From positions 924 to 64,923 of the forward strand of contig CAWHXC010000004.1 of the NCBI GenBank assembly GCA_963833175.1: 64,000 bases of DNA, read 5' to 3'. Every line of letters starts with the position of its first letter. Within the stretch, counting starts at the first letter, position 1. Positions 10,377 to 20,480 of the stretch are shown here, piece by piece. The notes beneath the pieces were generated by a model. The model saw only the letters and a list, made by a program, of their open reading frames with translations, ran no database searches and was not told the DNA's origin. Both the position numbers and the translations under genes were made by a program. The DNA comes from an uncultured Chloroflexia bacterium (GTDB lineage: Bacteria > Chloroflexota > Anaerolineae > Anaerolineales > Villigracilaceae).

Positions 10377-11312
10377 ATGATATTCGCCACGATCAGCACG
10401 CCTCACGCTTCGCGCACGCCCCAACCTGCTCTTGTCTCGAATGGCAGAGTCTACCCGTTACCTTTTGCAGACATGCGCGCAGTCATTGAGGTTGGCGCAC
10501 AAGAAGCCGCCACTCGCGCATCCAATAAATCCTTCGCAATGGACGATGTAAAATTCCATGCGCCGATTCACCCGACATCCTTACGCGATGCATATGCCTT
10601 TGAGCAACACGTAAGGACCGCCAGCCAAAACCGCGGCCGAGATGTTCCAGAAGCATGGTACAGGTTTCCAGTCTTTTACTATACCAATCCACATAGTATC
10701 TTTGGCCCAGGTGATGAAATTCCATACCCGCATTACACTCAGGCATTGGATTTTGAGCTTGAGGTCGCAGTCATCATCGGCAAGGCGGGCATTAATATCA
10801 AACCCGAAGATGCCCAAGAGTACATCTTTGGCTACACGATATTCAATGATTGGGCTGCGCGGGATGTGCAACAAGTTGAAATGAAGATGGGGCTTGGCCC
10901 TGCCAAAGGGAAAGACTTTGCCTCGTCTTTAGGACCAGTTATCGTGACGAGCGAAGCGTTTGCCGATAGAACAGTCAACAGACCTGGCGTGTACGATCTC
11001 AAGATGAAGGCAAAAGTCAACGGTGCTGAAATGTCCAGTGGAAATTTAAAGGATATATTCTGGTCATTCGGCGAGATCATCGCGAGAGCATCGGACACAT
11101 GCGAATTACAAGCTGGCGATGTGATCGGTTCAGGCACCGTAGGCACAGGCTGCCTATTAGAATTAACCAAGGCACAAGGCCCGTGGTTAAATGAAGGCGA
11201 TGTTGTAGAATTGGAAATTGAACGGATCGGTATCTTGAAGAACACAATCGGAAAGACTGGAGAGGCAAATGAAAAAAATAGATTCGCTCAACGCAGATAT
11301 GTACACCAGTGA
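10377..11312 (+). CDS. fumarylacetoacetate hydrolase family protein
   Basis: DFELEVAVIIG, NDWAARD, KGKDF, GDVIGSGT. Confidence 0.92.
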   Translation: MIFATISTPHASRTPQPALVSNGRVYPLPFADMRAVIEVGAQEAATRASNKSFAMDDVKFHAPIHPTSLRDAYAFEQHVRTASQNRGRDVPEAWYRFPVFYYTNPHSIFGPGDEIPYPHYTQALDFELEVAVIIGKAGINIKPEDAQEYIFGYTIFNDWAARDVQQVEMKMGLGPAKGKDFASSLGPVIVTSEAFADRTVNRPGVYDLKMKAKVNGAEMSSGNLKDIFWSFGEIIARASDTCELQAGDVIGSGTVGTGCLLELTKAQGPWLNEGDVVELEIERIGILKNTIGKTGEANEKNRFAQRRYVHQ

Positions 11313-11751
11313 TGTGTTTCAAATTCTATTCGACTATGAAGTCTCGCGCTGCAAGCGATACCCATCCCCGCTGACCTTGATCCAACTCGAAATGGCGCCC
11401 ATTGCCATTAGTGCAGAAGCGCTAAGCGCCGCACCTGGTATTTTTTCGTCTGCGCTTAATACGCATCTCCGCTCAGTGGATATTCCATCGAAAGCAGGAA
11501 ATGTTTTCACGTTGCTGCTGCCTAATTCAGACAAGCATGGCGCACACGCAGTCTGCGAGAGATTGTTATCGGTATTCAGAAATAAATTTGAAACTCCCGA
11601 GGGAGACTCCATTGTATTTTCACTTTATATCGGAGCCACCACCCATGATGGCGGACATTCGATCACAAGTGCAGGCGTCCTCCAAAAAGCAGAGGAAGCG
11701 CGAAAGCAATCCAAATTAAAAGGCGCAAATACCTTTGTCTTTCTTTCGTAA
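11269..11751 (+). CDS. stand-alone degenerate GGDEF-domain protein
   Basis: EVSRCKRY..PLTLI, LRSVD, FTLLLP, SLYIG, KGAN; GGDEF replaced by AGNVF. Confidence 0.7.
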   Translation: MKKIDSLNADMYTSDVFQILFDYEVSRCKRYPSPLTLIQLEMAPIAISAEALSAAPGIFSSALNTHLRSVDIPSKAGNVFTLLLPNSDKHGAHAVCERLLSVFRNKFETPEGDSIVFSLYIGATTHDGGHSITSAGVLQKAEEARKQSKLKGANTFVFLS

Positions 11752-11804
11752 ACATTCCATGATTTGAGGATGGTATATCCCAAAACTTTGACCGGAGAAA
11801 AATC

Positions 11805-12542
11805 ATGAAGAGAATTTTGTGGCTGTATCTTGTGATGGGAGTATTAATTTCATCCTGCAATATTCCTGCGGCAGGGGCACCTGATCCGCAGATCGCCACA
11901 GCCGCCGCTCTGACTGTGCAAGCCGCACTTAGCGCTGTGGTAACACCGCTTGCAAGCCCAACTGCAAACACTTCGGTAGTCACCACTGCAACAAAAGCCG
12001 TAAGCACACCAACTTATTCCCAGCCCATGGCAAGCGTGGGGGATGTCACCAACTGCCGTAAAGGTCCAGGCAAAGACTACGAACGTGTCACACAGATTTT
12101 CCCAGCAGAATCAGTGAAGATCATTGGCTTCTTTTCGCCAAACTACTGGATCGTTTCCACCAAAGATGGAGATTGCTGGCTGTCTGGCGAGTTCACGACA
12201 CCTGTTGGCAGTATCGCATCTGTGCCAACGGTCAGTGCGCCGCCCACGCCAGAAGGAGGCGTGCCGGAAGCAGCGTCATTCCAAAAAAACAACGGATGGA
12301 CATTTTTTTGCTACGGACCTGGCCAGGCAGATATCACCCTCTCCTGGAATGACAATGCTAACAACGAGTCGGGTTACCGAATTATGCGTGATGGCGAAAA
12401 GGTTGCTGAACTGCCCGCCAATTCCACGTATTTTGCAGAAACGATTGATCTGCTCTCAGGGAAAACCGTAGGATATCAAATACAAGCCTACAACGAGAGC
12501 GGAGAAACCAATAGCCCAACAGCAAACATAACTTGTCCATAA
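11805..12542 (+). CDS. lipoprotein with SH3-like and FnIII-like domains
   Basis: lipobox ISSC, NCRKGPG..Y, LSWNDNANNESGYRI, YQIQAYN..G. Confidence 0.65.
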   Translation: MKRILWLYLVMGVLISSCNIPAAGAPDPQIATAAALTVQAALSAVVTPLASPTANTSVVTTATKAVSTPTYSQPMASVGDVTNCRKGPGKDYERVTQIFPAESVKIIGFFSPNYWIVSTKDGDCWLSGEFTTPVGSIASVPTVSAPPTPEGGVPEAASFQKNNGWTFFCYGPGQADITLSWNDNANNESGYRIMRDGEKVAELPANSTYFAETIDLLSGKTVGYQIQAYNESGETNSPTANITCP

Positions 12543-12557
12543 AAAAAGTTTTATATA

Positions 12558-12595
12558 AAAATAGCTCGCATCCATAAATGGACACGAGCTATTTT
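12558..12595. terminator. bidirectional terminator
   Basis: AAAATAGCTCG..TCCA-TAAA-TGGA..CGAGCTATTTT between convergent genes. Confidence 0.7.
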
Positions 12596-12611
12596 CCTTA
12601 AGAAGTATAGA

Positions 12612-14471
12612 TTACTCCTCCCCCATCTGCTCCTTCGCTTTTTTCGTTTGTCTGCCGCGCTCATCGGTGGCAAGAATTCGCTTGCGGATACGAAAACTCA
12701 ATGGCGTTACTTCCAGTAATTCATCGTCCGAAAGGTATTCTATCGCTTCATCCAAACTCATGGAGCGCGGCGGGGTCAGGCGGATTTCCATATCGCCGCC
12801 TGATGCACGCATGTTTGTAAGATGTTTCTTCTTGCAGACATTGATCGGGATATCCTGTCCGCGAGCATTTTCTCCGACCACCATACCTTCATAAACCTGC
12901 ACGCCCGGGCCTATGAATAAAACTCCGCGTTCTTCTGCGCTCTTAAGTGAGTAGGCAGTAGTCGAGCCTGCTTCCCAGGCAACAATTGAACCTCTCGTGC
13001 GTGAAGTTATCGGGCCGGCTAATTCGTCGTAGCCATTAAAGATCGTGTGCATCACGCCTTCGCCGCGTGTGGATGTAAGGAACTGGTAGCGGAATCCAAG
13101 CAAGCCGCGCGTCGGGACGATGTAGACAATGCGTGTCATCCCCTGACCCGCATCATGCATCTCGGTCATTTTGCCGCGTCTACTTCCAAGCATTTCCACG
13201 ACAACACCGACAGTTTCGTTGCTGGTCTCAACATGCACTTCTTCGTACGGTTCAAGCAAAGCACCATCATCAGCCTTGTGATAAATAACTTCAGGCCGTG
13301 AGACCTGGAATTCATAACCTTCGCGTCGCATGGTTTCGATGAGGATGCCCAAATGCAATTCACCGCGGCCTGAGACTAGGAAGTTTTCGGCAGAATCGGT
13401 GTCTTCAACACGCAAAGAAACATTGGTGCGAAGTTCATCATACAAGCGCTCACGAAGTTTGCGAGATGTACCCCATGTCCCTTCTTTGCCTGTAAACGGA
13501 GAGGTGTTCACACCAAATGTCATACGGACAGTTGGCTCTTCCACTTTGATGGTTGGCAAGGCAACAGGATCATTCGGGTCGGCAAGAGTTTCACCGATGG
13601 CAATACCTTCAAGCCCGGCCAACGAAACAATATCGCCCGCTTTAACTTCATCTATCTCGATCTTATTCAAACCTTTAAAAGTATATAGATAACGCGCGGT
13701 TTCAGGCAGGATCGTTCCATCTAATTTCATGCGCGCCATTTTTTGCCCCGCCTTGATCGTACCCGCAAAGACGCGGCCGATAGCGGTCACACCGCGGTAA
13801 TCATCGTAACCAAGCATGGTGACGAGTAACTGCAAAGGTGCATCAGGGTCCACTTTGGGGGCGGGGATATGCTTGAGGATGGTATCAAACATCGGCTGCA
13901 GATCAGGTCCGAGGTCAGGGGTAAGGCCAGCGCGTCCGGCAGTGGCTTGAGCGTAGATGACGGGAAAATCCGCCTGGTCTTCAGTCGCACCGAGTTCGAT
14001 GAACAAGTCAAAAGTTTCGTTGAGCACGCGCGCAGGCTCTGCATCTTTGCGATCTACCTTGTTGATGACAACGATGGCTTTGTGTCCCATCTCAAGTGCT
14101 TTCTTTAACACGAAACGGGTTTGAGGCATGGGGCCTTCAGCTGCATCAACGAGCAGAAGCACGCCATCCACCATGTTCATCACGCGTTCCACCTCGCCGC
14201 CAAAATCTGCATGGCCGGGTGTATCCACAATATTGATCTTGATCGGTTTATTGGTGACAGGTTCGATCAGGGAAATGGCAGTGTTCTTGGCGAGGATGGT
14301 AATGCCGCGCTCGCGTTCGAGGTCATTGGAATCCATCACGCGTTCTTCAACATGCTGATGTTCACGGAAGGTATGAGATTGACCGAGCAATCCATCCACA
14401 AGGGTGGTCTTGCCGTGGTCAACATGTGCGATAATGGCGATATTACGGAGGTCAGTTCTTTCGATTAGCAT
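12612..14471 (-). CDS. typA: translational GTPase TypA/BipA
   Basis: [59 protein letters not shown]. Confidence 0.97.
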   Translation of the reverse strand: MLIERTDLRNIAIIAHVDHGKTTLVDGLLGQSHTFREHQHVEERVMDSNDLERERGITILAKNTAISLIEPVTNKPIKINIVDTPGHADFGGEVERVMNMVDGVLLLVDAAEGPMPQTRFVLKKALEMGHKAIVVINKVDRKDAEPARVLNETFDLFIELGATEDQADFPVIYAQATAGRAGLTPDLGPDLQPMFDTILKHIPAPKVDPDAPLQLLVTMLGYDDYRGVTAIGRVFAGTIKAGQKMARMKLDGTILPETARYLYTFKGLNKIEIDEVKAGDIVSLAGLEGIAIGETLADPNDPVALPTIKVEEPTVRMTFGVNTSPFTGKEGTWGTSRKLRERLYDELRTNVSLRVEDTDSAENFLVSGRGELHLGILIETMRREGYEFQVSRPEVIYHKADDGALLEPYEEVHVETSNETVGVVVEMLGSRRGKMTEMHDAGQGMTRIVYIVPTRGLLGFRYQFLTSTRGEGVMHTIFNGYDELAGPITSRTRGSIVAWEAGSTTAYSLKSAEERGVLFIGPGVQVYEGMVVGENARGQDIPINVCKKKHLTNMRASGGDMEIRLTPPRSMSLDEAIEYLSDDELLEVTPLSFRIRKRILATDERGRQTKKAKEQMGEE

Positions 14472-14781
14472 AGGATTCTCTTTATTCAACTGGAAGGATA
14501 CGCAGACAATGAAAACCTGACAATGGACATTATAAAATTGTCCGTTGTGTGTGATCTATCGTCCAAGGTGAGACACACAAAAACCCCCGCCGGGGAAAAG
14601 GCCGAGGGCTTGAAGTCAGTAATTCGGCGAGCAAGATGTATATTATCAGAGAGTGATAGATTTGGGTAGGGCAAGGCAAGAGGCGAATCAGCCAATCAAA
14701 TATTTAAATTTCAAAAAAGTTGATGCGCGCAAAAACCTATTTCGCATTAAAATCAAAATCTGGATAGTAACATTCAACATC

Positions 14782-16548
14782 ATGGAAATGTACCCTTACT
14801 ACACCGGTTATATCATCATTCTCCTGGCAAGCAGTGTAATTGGTTTTCTATTGCTTATAAGGGTTTGGGAGTTACGTGCCGTATCAGGCGCATACGGATT
14901 AATGCTCGCTATTGGGTGTTCAATAGAATGGTCGTTAACCTACGCAATGGAAATTTACAGCACAAATATGGCGGATAAGATCATGTGGGCCAAGTTGGAA
15001 TATTTTGGCATTTCCTTTGTGGCGCTGGGCATGTTCATTTTCGCCATGCACTACAGCGGTCATGGTAGTTGGTTGACCCCCACACGCACAGCTTTGCTTT
15101 CGATCACATGCAGTTTCAGTTTTATTTTTGCCTTGACCAACGATTGGCACCGCCAAATCTGGCCCCGCATTCAATTTGCTAACGACCTGCCGTTCGGTCC
15201 GCTTGAAGTCAGTCATGGAGCAGCTTTCTATTTTCTGGTGATTTTTCAATATGTTTTGCTTGCAGCAGTAACAATATTATTTTTTCAAATTTCAACACGT
15301 ACACAAAGTCTTTATCAAAGTCAATCGCGAATGATGCTTGCAGGAATGATATTTTCATGGGCTGCAAATTTTATATATATTACAGGCTTAAATCCCTTCC
15401 CATCACTTGATCTGACCCCGGTTGCGCTGACAATAACGAATATACTCCTATCCACTGGTTTTCTGCGCTATCATTTCATGGACTTGCGACCCATCGCTCA
15501 CGATTCTGTATTCAATGCCATGAAAGACGGCGTGGTGGTACTGGATTATAAAGAACGCATTGTTGAAATCAACCCGGTTGGCGCATCCATTTTTCATGGT
15601 ACGGGCAATCTGATTGGGCATGAGATCAAAACCCTGCTCCCAGACTGGGACGAATGGCAGGCAGCTGATCCAGACGGGGAAATCAATCAGGAAATCTCGT
15701 TTGGATCGGCAAACGGCAATTCCTTAACCTATAGCCTGCGCACCACCTCCGTGCTTGACCAGCACGGTAACCGTAATGGGCGCATCCTGCTCATCAGTGA
15801 CATCACCGAACAAAAACAAGCTCGCGAGCAAATCATGGAGGCAAGCCGATTGAAAAGTCAGCTTCTGGCAAACCTCGGTCATGATCTGCGCTCACCTTTG
15901 GGAGCAATTATTGGCTACGCAGAGATGCTGAAAGACGGCTCATTTGGCCCAATGAGCCAAAATCAGGTAAAGGCTTCATCGGAAATTCTCGATGGCGCAA
16001 ATCAACTGCTTTCATTCATCAACAATTTAATTAGCCAGGCACAGATCGAAACTGGCAAGATCGTTTTACGAGAGTATCCCTTTGATGTGGAAGAGATCGT
16101 TGGTCCATTACTTTCCACTCTAAATTTTCACGCGCACAAAAAGGGACTAACACTTGAGGAATATATTGATCCCGCTTTGCCAAAACAACTGGTTGGCGAT
16201 CAATTCTGGTTGCGGCAGGTTGTGATAAATCTTGTACACAATGCGGTTAAATTCACAGAGAAGGGTTCTGTAACTGTGCGCTTTATCAAACGGGGAATGG
16301 ACTATTGGGAAATCCAGGTGATCGATACAGGAATTGGTATTCCCCCCGAAGCACAAAAGCGGGTCTTTGAAGCTTTTGAGCAAGTGAATAGCATGGAAAA
16401 CTCCAAACAGAGCGGGTTTGGGTTAGGACTTTCCATTGTCGCAAAGTTGACTTCAATTATGGGCGGAAGGATCGAATTGGAAAGCGAAGCGGGCAAAGGC
16501 AGTACATTTACAGTTGTTCTTCCACTGAAAGAATCTATAGAAGAATAG
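14782..16548 (+). CDS. sensor histidine kinase: 7TM (HisKA_7TM-like) + PAS + HisKA + HATPase
   Basis: multi-TM N-terminus with TNDWH and DLTP; DGVVVLD..INP; HDLRSPL; NAVKF, DTGIGI, GFGLGL. Confidence 0.9.
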   Translation: MEMYPYYTGYIIILLASSVIGFLLLIRVWELRAVSGAYGLMLAIGCSIEWSLTYAMEIYSTNMADKIMWAKLEYFGISFVALGMFIFAMHYSGHGSWLTPTRTALLSITCSFSFIFALTNDWHRQIWPRIQFANDLPFGPLEVSHGAAFYFLVIFQYVLLAAVTILFFQISTRTQSLYQSQSRMMLAGMIFSWAANFIYITGLNPFPSLDLTPVALTITNILLSTGFLRYHFMDLRPIAHDSVFNAMKDGVVVLDYKERIVEINPVGASIFHGTGNLIGHEIKTLLPDWDEWQAADPDGEINQEISFGSANGNSLTYSLRTTSVLDQHGNRNGRILLISDITEQKQAREQIMEASRLKSQLLANLGHDLRSPLGAIIGYAEMLKDGSFGPMSQNQVKASSEILDGANQLLSFINNLISQAQIETGKIVLREYPFDVEEIVGPLLSTLNFHAHKKGLTLEEYIDPALPKQLVGDQFWLRQVVINLVHNAVKFTEKGSVTVRFIKRGMDYWEIQVIDTGIGIPPEAQKRVFEAFEQVNSMENSKQSGFGLGLSIVAKLTSIMGGRIELESEAGKGSTFTVVLPLKESIEE

Positions 16549-16596
16549 AAAAGTCTATGCCAGCTAAATCGGGAAATAAATAAAACCCAGCCCAAC

Positions 16597-17343
16597 TTAC
16601 AACCGCCCAGCCTTGCCAACTTTCTTCAAATCACGATAGTGCCACCAAACCTGCCAAATGCGAAATGCGGCTTCTGCTTGAATTTTAATCGACATTTTTG
16701 ATTTTCCCCAACGACGGTCGGCAAAATAAATGGGCGATTCGCCGATCTTGAATTCAAGGATATGAGCAAGGTATGCCATTTCCACAAGAAAGACATATCC
16801 GCTTGATTGAATCCGCTCAAATGGAATTTGCTGTAAAGTTTCACGCCGCCACATTCGATACCCTGTTGTTACATCGTGCAAAGGCAGGCCTAAGATCGTA
16901 CGCGCATAAAAATTACCAAAAGCTGAAAGCATCCTGCGCCAGACAGGCCATCGTTCGTCCACAGAACCGCCCTTCACATAACGAGAGCCAAGCACAACAT
17001 CATTAGCCGCTAATAGACTGGCCATTCCTACCAACGCTGAAGGAGCATGAGAAAAATCTGCATCCATCTGGACGATGGCCTGTGCATTGCCATCCGTCTC
17101 CAATATTTTTTGAAATCCGTTCAAATACGCAGAACGCAGCCCAAGTTTGCCGGGACGATGAAGCACATCCACTCGACCAGGGTACACCGCAGCTAAGTCA
17201 TCTGCAATACGCCCGGTGCCATCGGGACTGTTGTCGTCTACGACCAGTACATGCAGATCAAGTGGAAGCGAAAATAAAGCGGAGACCAGTTTGGGTAGGT
17301 TCTCCGCTTCGTTATAAGTAGGTGTGATAACCGTAATTTGCAA
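16597..17343 (-). CDS. polyprenol-monophosphomannose synthase (DPM1-like GT2)
   Basis: PTYNEAENL, VDDNSPDGTG, QMDADFSH, GSRYV, GY.F..EM, SKMS. Confidence 0.9.
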   Translation of the reverse strand: MQITVITPTYNEAENLPKLVSALFSLPLDLHVLVVDDNSPDGTGRIADDLAAVYPGRVDVLHRPGKLGLRSAYLNGFQKILETDGNAQAIVQMDADFSHAPSALVGMASLLAANDVVLGSRYVKGGSVDERWPVWRRMLSAFGNFYARTILGLPLHDVTTGYRMWRRETLQQIPFERIQSSGYVFLVEMAYLAHILEFKIGESPIYFADRRWGKSKMSIKIQAEAAFRIWQVWWHYRDLKKVGKAGRL

Positions 17344-17351
17344 ACAAACTC

Positions 17352-18206
17352 CTATTTTTTAAGACGCACCAACTCTGTTTTGATCTGATTTACTTCGGTA
17401 AAGTTGTCTTTAAGTGACGGAATTTCAGCCAATTTCACACCGAGGCGATTTCGACTCTTTATCATTTGCTCGCGATCTTTGATCGGATAAAAATATTCCA
17501 CAGATTGCTCAAGCCGAACGCGAAGCTTTTCGCTCAACGCCATAAGATTCGAAGGCGGAAGGACGAGTATAAAATCCGTACCACTTATATGACCCAGAAA
17601 ATCCTCAGACCGGCTTACTTCGCGCATTGTATTCACGATCATCAAACTGATCGCGCGCAAAACATCGTCTGATGCAACAAAGCCATAAGCTTCGCGGAAA
17701 GAAACCATATTGTCAATTGAAACAAATAAAAGCGCCACACCATCTTTTCCAAGCACTTCAGAGAGTTTTTCATCGACCAATGCGCCTTCCGGCAAGCCGG
17801 TGACAGGATTGGTCAACGATCCCTGGCTCACACGCTTGAGCGCATTTCGCACGCGCAGACGCAATTCCTGCACATCGAAAGGCTTGGTGATGTAATCGTC
17901 CGCACCAAGCTCCAGTCCTTGCAAACGGTCTGAACGGTCTCGTTTTTCGGTAAGGAAAATGATAGGAACTTCAGCGGTACGGCGGTCACTGCGCAAGCGG
18001 CGGGCTACTTCGTAACCATCAATGTCAGGTAGACGAATGTCCAGGATGACAAGGTCAGGATGAATGGTCTGACAGGAGCGAACGCCATCTTCGCCCCAAT
18101 TGACAGCGAACACTTCGTAACCCTGAACGCGGAAATAAGCGTTCAGCATTTCAGCCACGTCAAGGTCGTCTTCAATGATGAGGATTTTTGGCTTAATATC
18201 TGTCAC
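17352..18206 (-). CDS. response regulator REC + degenerate GGDEF
   Basis: IEDD, LDIRLP, DDYITKPF; NPVTGLP, YGF..SDDVL, RSED-x5-SGTDF. Confidence 0.85.
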   Translation of the reverse strand: MTDIKPKILIIEDDLDVAEMLNAYFRVQGYEVFAVNWGEDGVRSCQTIHPDLVILDIRLPDIDGYEVARRLRSDRRTAEVPIIFLTEKRDRSDRLQGLELGADDYITKPFDVQELRLRVRNALKRVSQGSLTNPVTGLPEGALVDEKLSEVLGKDGVALLFVSIDNMVSFREAYGFVASDDVLRAISLMIVNTMREVSRSEDFLGHISGTDFILVLPPSNLMALSEKLRVRLEQSVEYFYPIKDREQMIKSRNRLGVKLAEIPSLKDNFTEVNQIKTELVRLKK

Positions 18207-18232
18207 TTCAGACCTTCATTATGATGATGATT

Positions 18233-18868
18233 TTATGAAATTGGTTCTTTTTGTACAATGAATTCGCAAACATTATCACCAATAGCAATACATTTGGATT
18301 CGTTTACACGGAATTCATTGCCACCGGATACCCACTTAAGGCTTTCCTGCAACAAACCTGTGGAAATAAAACAAACGGGTTTGTCTGCGCCTGTGCGCCC
18401 CCAACAACATGGGCATTTGTGTATCGTCCAGATCCACTCAGTATCTTTCTCTTCCACTGTGGTTTGTTGATCACTTAACTGGCTGAAGATTTTTGCAAAA
18501 GCTGGCAGACCAATTCTCAGCTTGGATTGAAGCGGGAGGACTACAAATGCCAAATCCGCCGCACCAGCCAAAGCGCCAAAATTCCTCAACGCGTCAGAGA
18601 AGGTTGCACGTCCCGCTCGAAGAGCAAGCCCACGCCCACCGCGCGGACCATACATCTCTTCCAAGGCAGAACCGATCGCAGAAAGCTCGGAAAAATCAAA
18701 ACCTTTATCGAGATTGTCGGGGGGATAATTTTCGATGTAATTATTTAAACCCGCCAAATTTAAAATGGCATTCAAACCATTCTTACCCATCACTTCTTCC
18801 AAAGATTTGATGGTAATCATGCCAAATTTATTGGGGTAATACAAACCACTTTTTTGAAGGGGGCTCAT
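18233..18868 (-). CDS. V4R (4-vinyl reductase) domain protein
   Basis: CPCC, PVC, GLLQE, E.KCIAIGD..CEF Zn-site pattern of V4R. Confidence 0.85.
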   Translation of the reverse strand: MSPLQKSGLYYPNKFGMITIKSLEEVMGKNGLNAILNLAGLNNYIENYPPDNLDKGFDFSELSAIGSALEEMYGPRGGRGLALRAGRATFSDALRNFGALAGAADLAFVVLPLQSKLRIGLPAFAKIFSQLSDQQTTVEEKDTEWIWTIHKCPCCWGRTGADKPVCFISTGLLQESLKWVSGGNEFRVNESKCIAIGDNVCEFIVQKEPIS

Positions 18869-18878
18869 AACAACTCCA

Positions 18879-19250
18879 CTAGATCAACTTCGCCAGATCT
18901 TCGGCGGCGCGACGTATATCAAGGAAGATCAGGCCAAGTTTGGCCTGTTCGCGTACTAACGCAGTGAGTACAGCTTCTTCACCGACTGACACCAATACAA
19001 CATACCCCTTCAAACCTTTAATGTAAACTTGTTCAAGGGAACCACGTCCTAATTCACTTGCAATACGTTCACCTAAAGAAAGCATAGCCGCAGACATGGC
19101 CGAAACACGATCCTCCTCTACTCCTTGCGGAAGGGCGGACGCGATACTAAGACCGTCAACGCTAACTACTGCTGATGCTTCAATATCAGGTGACGAAGCC
19201 TGCAATTCACGCAGGCGATCCACCATTAGTTGCGAACGATTTTTTGACAA
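18879..19250 (-). CDS. roadblock/LC7 (MglB-like) protein
   Basis: AVVSVDGLSIAS, DRVSAMSAAMLSLGER, AKLGLIFLD; likely TTG start at 19250 after AGGAGG. Confidence 0.9.
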   Translation of the reverse strand: MSKNRSQLMVDRLRELQASSPDIEASAVVSVDGLSIASALPQGVEEDRVSAMSAAMLSLGERIASELGRGSLEQVYIKGLKGYVVLVSVGEEAVLTALVREQAKLGLIFLDIRRAAEDLAKLI

Positions 19251-19404
19251 ACCAACCCTCCTGTAGGGAAGTTGAACGCCCATCTACTCAGAGCGTCGAT
19301 TTTAATTATTGCAAGACTATTTTAGAACATGGCAATCATTGTGTCAAGTTCGGTGTATTATAGCTTACAAAACAGTAAGTTATCTACATCTGAGAATGCT
19401 GCGC

Positions 19405-19434
19405 TTGACATGCCTTTTCTACCTAGCGTATAAT
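19405..19434 (+). promoter_or_regulatory. sigma70-type promoter for tRNA-Gly
   Basis: perfect TTGACA-N18-TATAAT ending 17 nt before the tRNA. Confidence 0.8.
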
Positions 19435-19451
19435 CCGTTTTATTCATGCAA

Positions 19452-19523
19452 GCGGGTGTAGTTCAGTGGTAGAACGCTTGCTTCCCAAGCAAGATATCGT
19501 GGGTTCGAGTCCCATCACCCGCT
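19452..19523 (+). tRNA. tRNA-Gly (anticodon CCC); CCA not encoded
   Basis: GCGGGTG/CACCCGC acceptor stem, GTTC/GAAC D-arm, CTTGC-TTCCCAA-GCAAG anticodon arm, GTGGG-TTCGAGT-CCCAT T-arm. Confidence 0.95.
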
Positions 19524-19530
19524 CAAGCTC

Positions 19531-19562
19531 AAGTCGAGGATTTGCTTGCCTCGACTTTTTTC
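19531..19562 (+). terminator. Rho-independent terminator after tRNA
   Basis: AAGTCGAGG-9nt-CCTCGACTT plus T-tract. Confidence 0.8.
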
Positions 19563-19632
19563 TTATTTGTAAGGTTGCTGTCATGTAGGTATTTTTTATC
19601 TTACAGTAGAATTCAATTCGGAGATAATTCAC

Positions 19633-20028
19633 ATGGCGTTAGAAGACAAAAAAGGTACTATACTTTACGTGGAAGACAATCCTGATAACAGAAGTTTAAT
19701 TCGCAGGGTGCTGGAAGCAGAAAACTATGCTGTCGTTGAGGCTATTAACGCAGCGCAAGCGCTGGAAAAACTTGAAAACAGTAACATCGACCTGGTGTTG
19801 ATGGATATTAATATGCCCGACATGGATGGCTACACACTTACAGCAAAAATCAAGGCAATTAACAAATTTTCAAAAATCCCCATTGTCGCGGTTACTGCAA
19901 ATGTGATGCGCGGCGACCGCGAAAAATCGCTGGGGGCGGGATGCGATGGCTATATTCAAAAACCAATTGATATTGATACTCTTTCCCAGCAGATTGAGCG
20001 ATTCATTATAAGGAGCACAAATGTCTGA
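19633..20028 (+). CDS. single-domain response regulator (DivK/CheY-like)
   Basis: VEDN, LMDINMP, VTA, AGCDGYIQKP. Confidence 0.92.
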   Translation: MALEDKKGTILYVEDNPDNRSLIRRVLEAENYAVVEAINAAQALEKLENSNIDLVLMDINMPDMDGYTLTAKIKAINKFSKIPIVAVTANVMRGDREKSLGAGCDGYIQKPIDIDTLSQQIERFIIRSTNV

Positions 20029-20473
20029 CCAAATTCCTGCCGTATCTGACACACAACCCATCCGCAAACCTAATATTCCAAAGGATGCGGCTGTGTTGGT
20101 TGTTGAAGATAATGTTTCCAATTTTGTGCTAATTGCGCGTATGCTTGGCTACCTGGGCATCCATTGTGAGTGGAAAACATCGGGTTACGAAGTTGTGGAA
20201 TACGCAGACACACTACCCCGCCTTGACCTTATCCTCATGGATATTCGCCTGCCCTATGAAGATGGTTATGGCGCATTGAAAAAAATCCGCGCTTCTGAAC
20301 GATTCAAAACAGTGCCCATCATTGCAGTAACCGCAGAAGCCAGTCTTGAGCAAATGAAAAAAGCAAAAGACTCCGGGTTTGACGGCTTTTTAGGCAAGCC
20401 TCTTGACCCTGACCGCTTCCCCGACCAAATTCGCCGAATTTTAAGTGGAGAGCCGGTCTGGGAGTATAGTTAA
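20021..20473 (+). CDS. single-domain response regulator
   Basis: VEDN, LMDIRLP, VTA, GFLGKP. Confidence 0.92.
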   Translation: MSDQIPAVSDTQPIRKPNIPKDAAVLVVEDNVSNFVLIARMLGYLGIHCEWKTSGYEVVEYADTLPRLDLILMDIRLPYEDGYGALKKIRASERFKTVPIIAVTAEASLEQMKKAKDSGFDGFLGKPLDPDRFPDQIRRILSGEPVWEYS

Positions 20474-20480
20474 TCCATTG

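Noticed and set aside
19444-19632. 62-aa minus-strand ORF
   Set aside because: Antisense shadow of tRNA-Gly.
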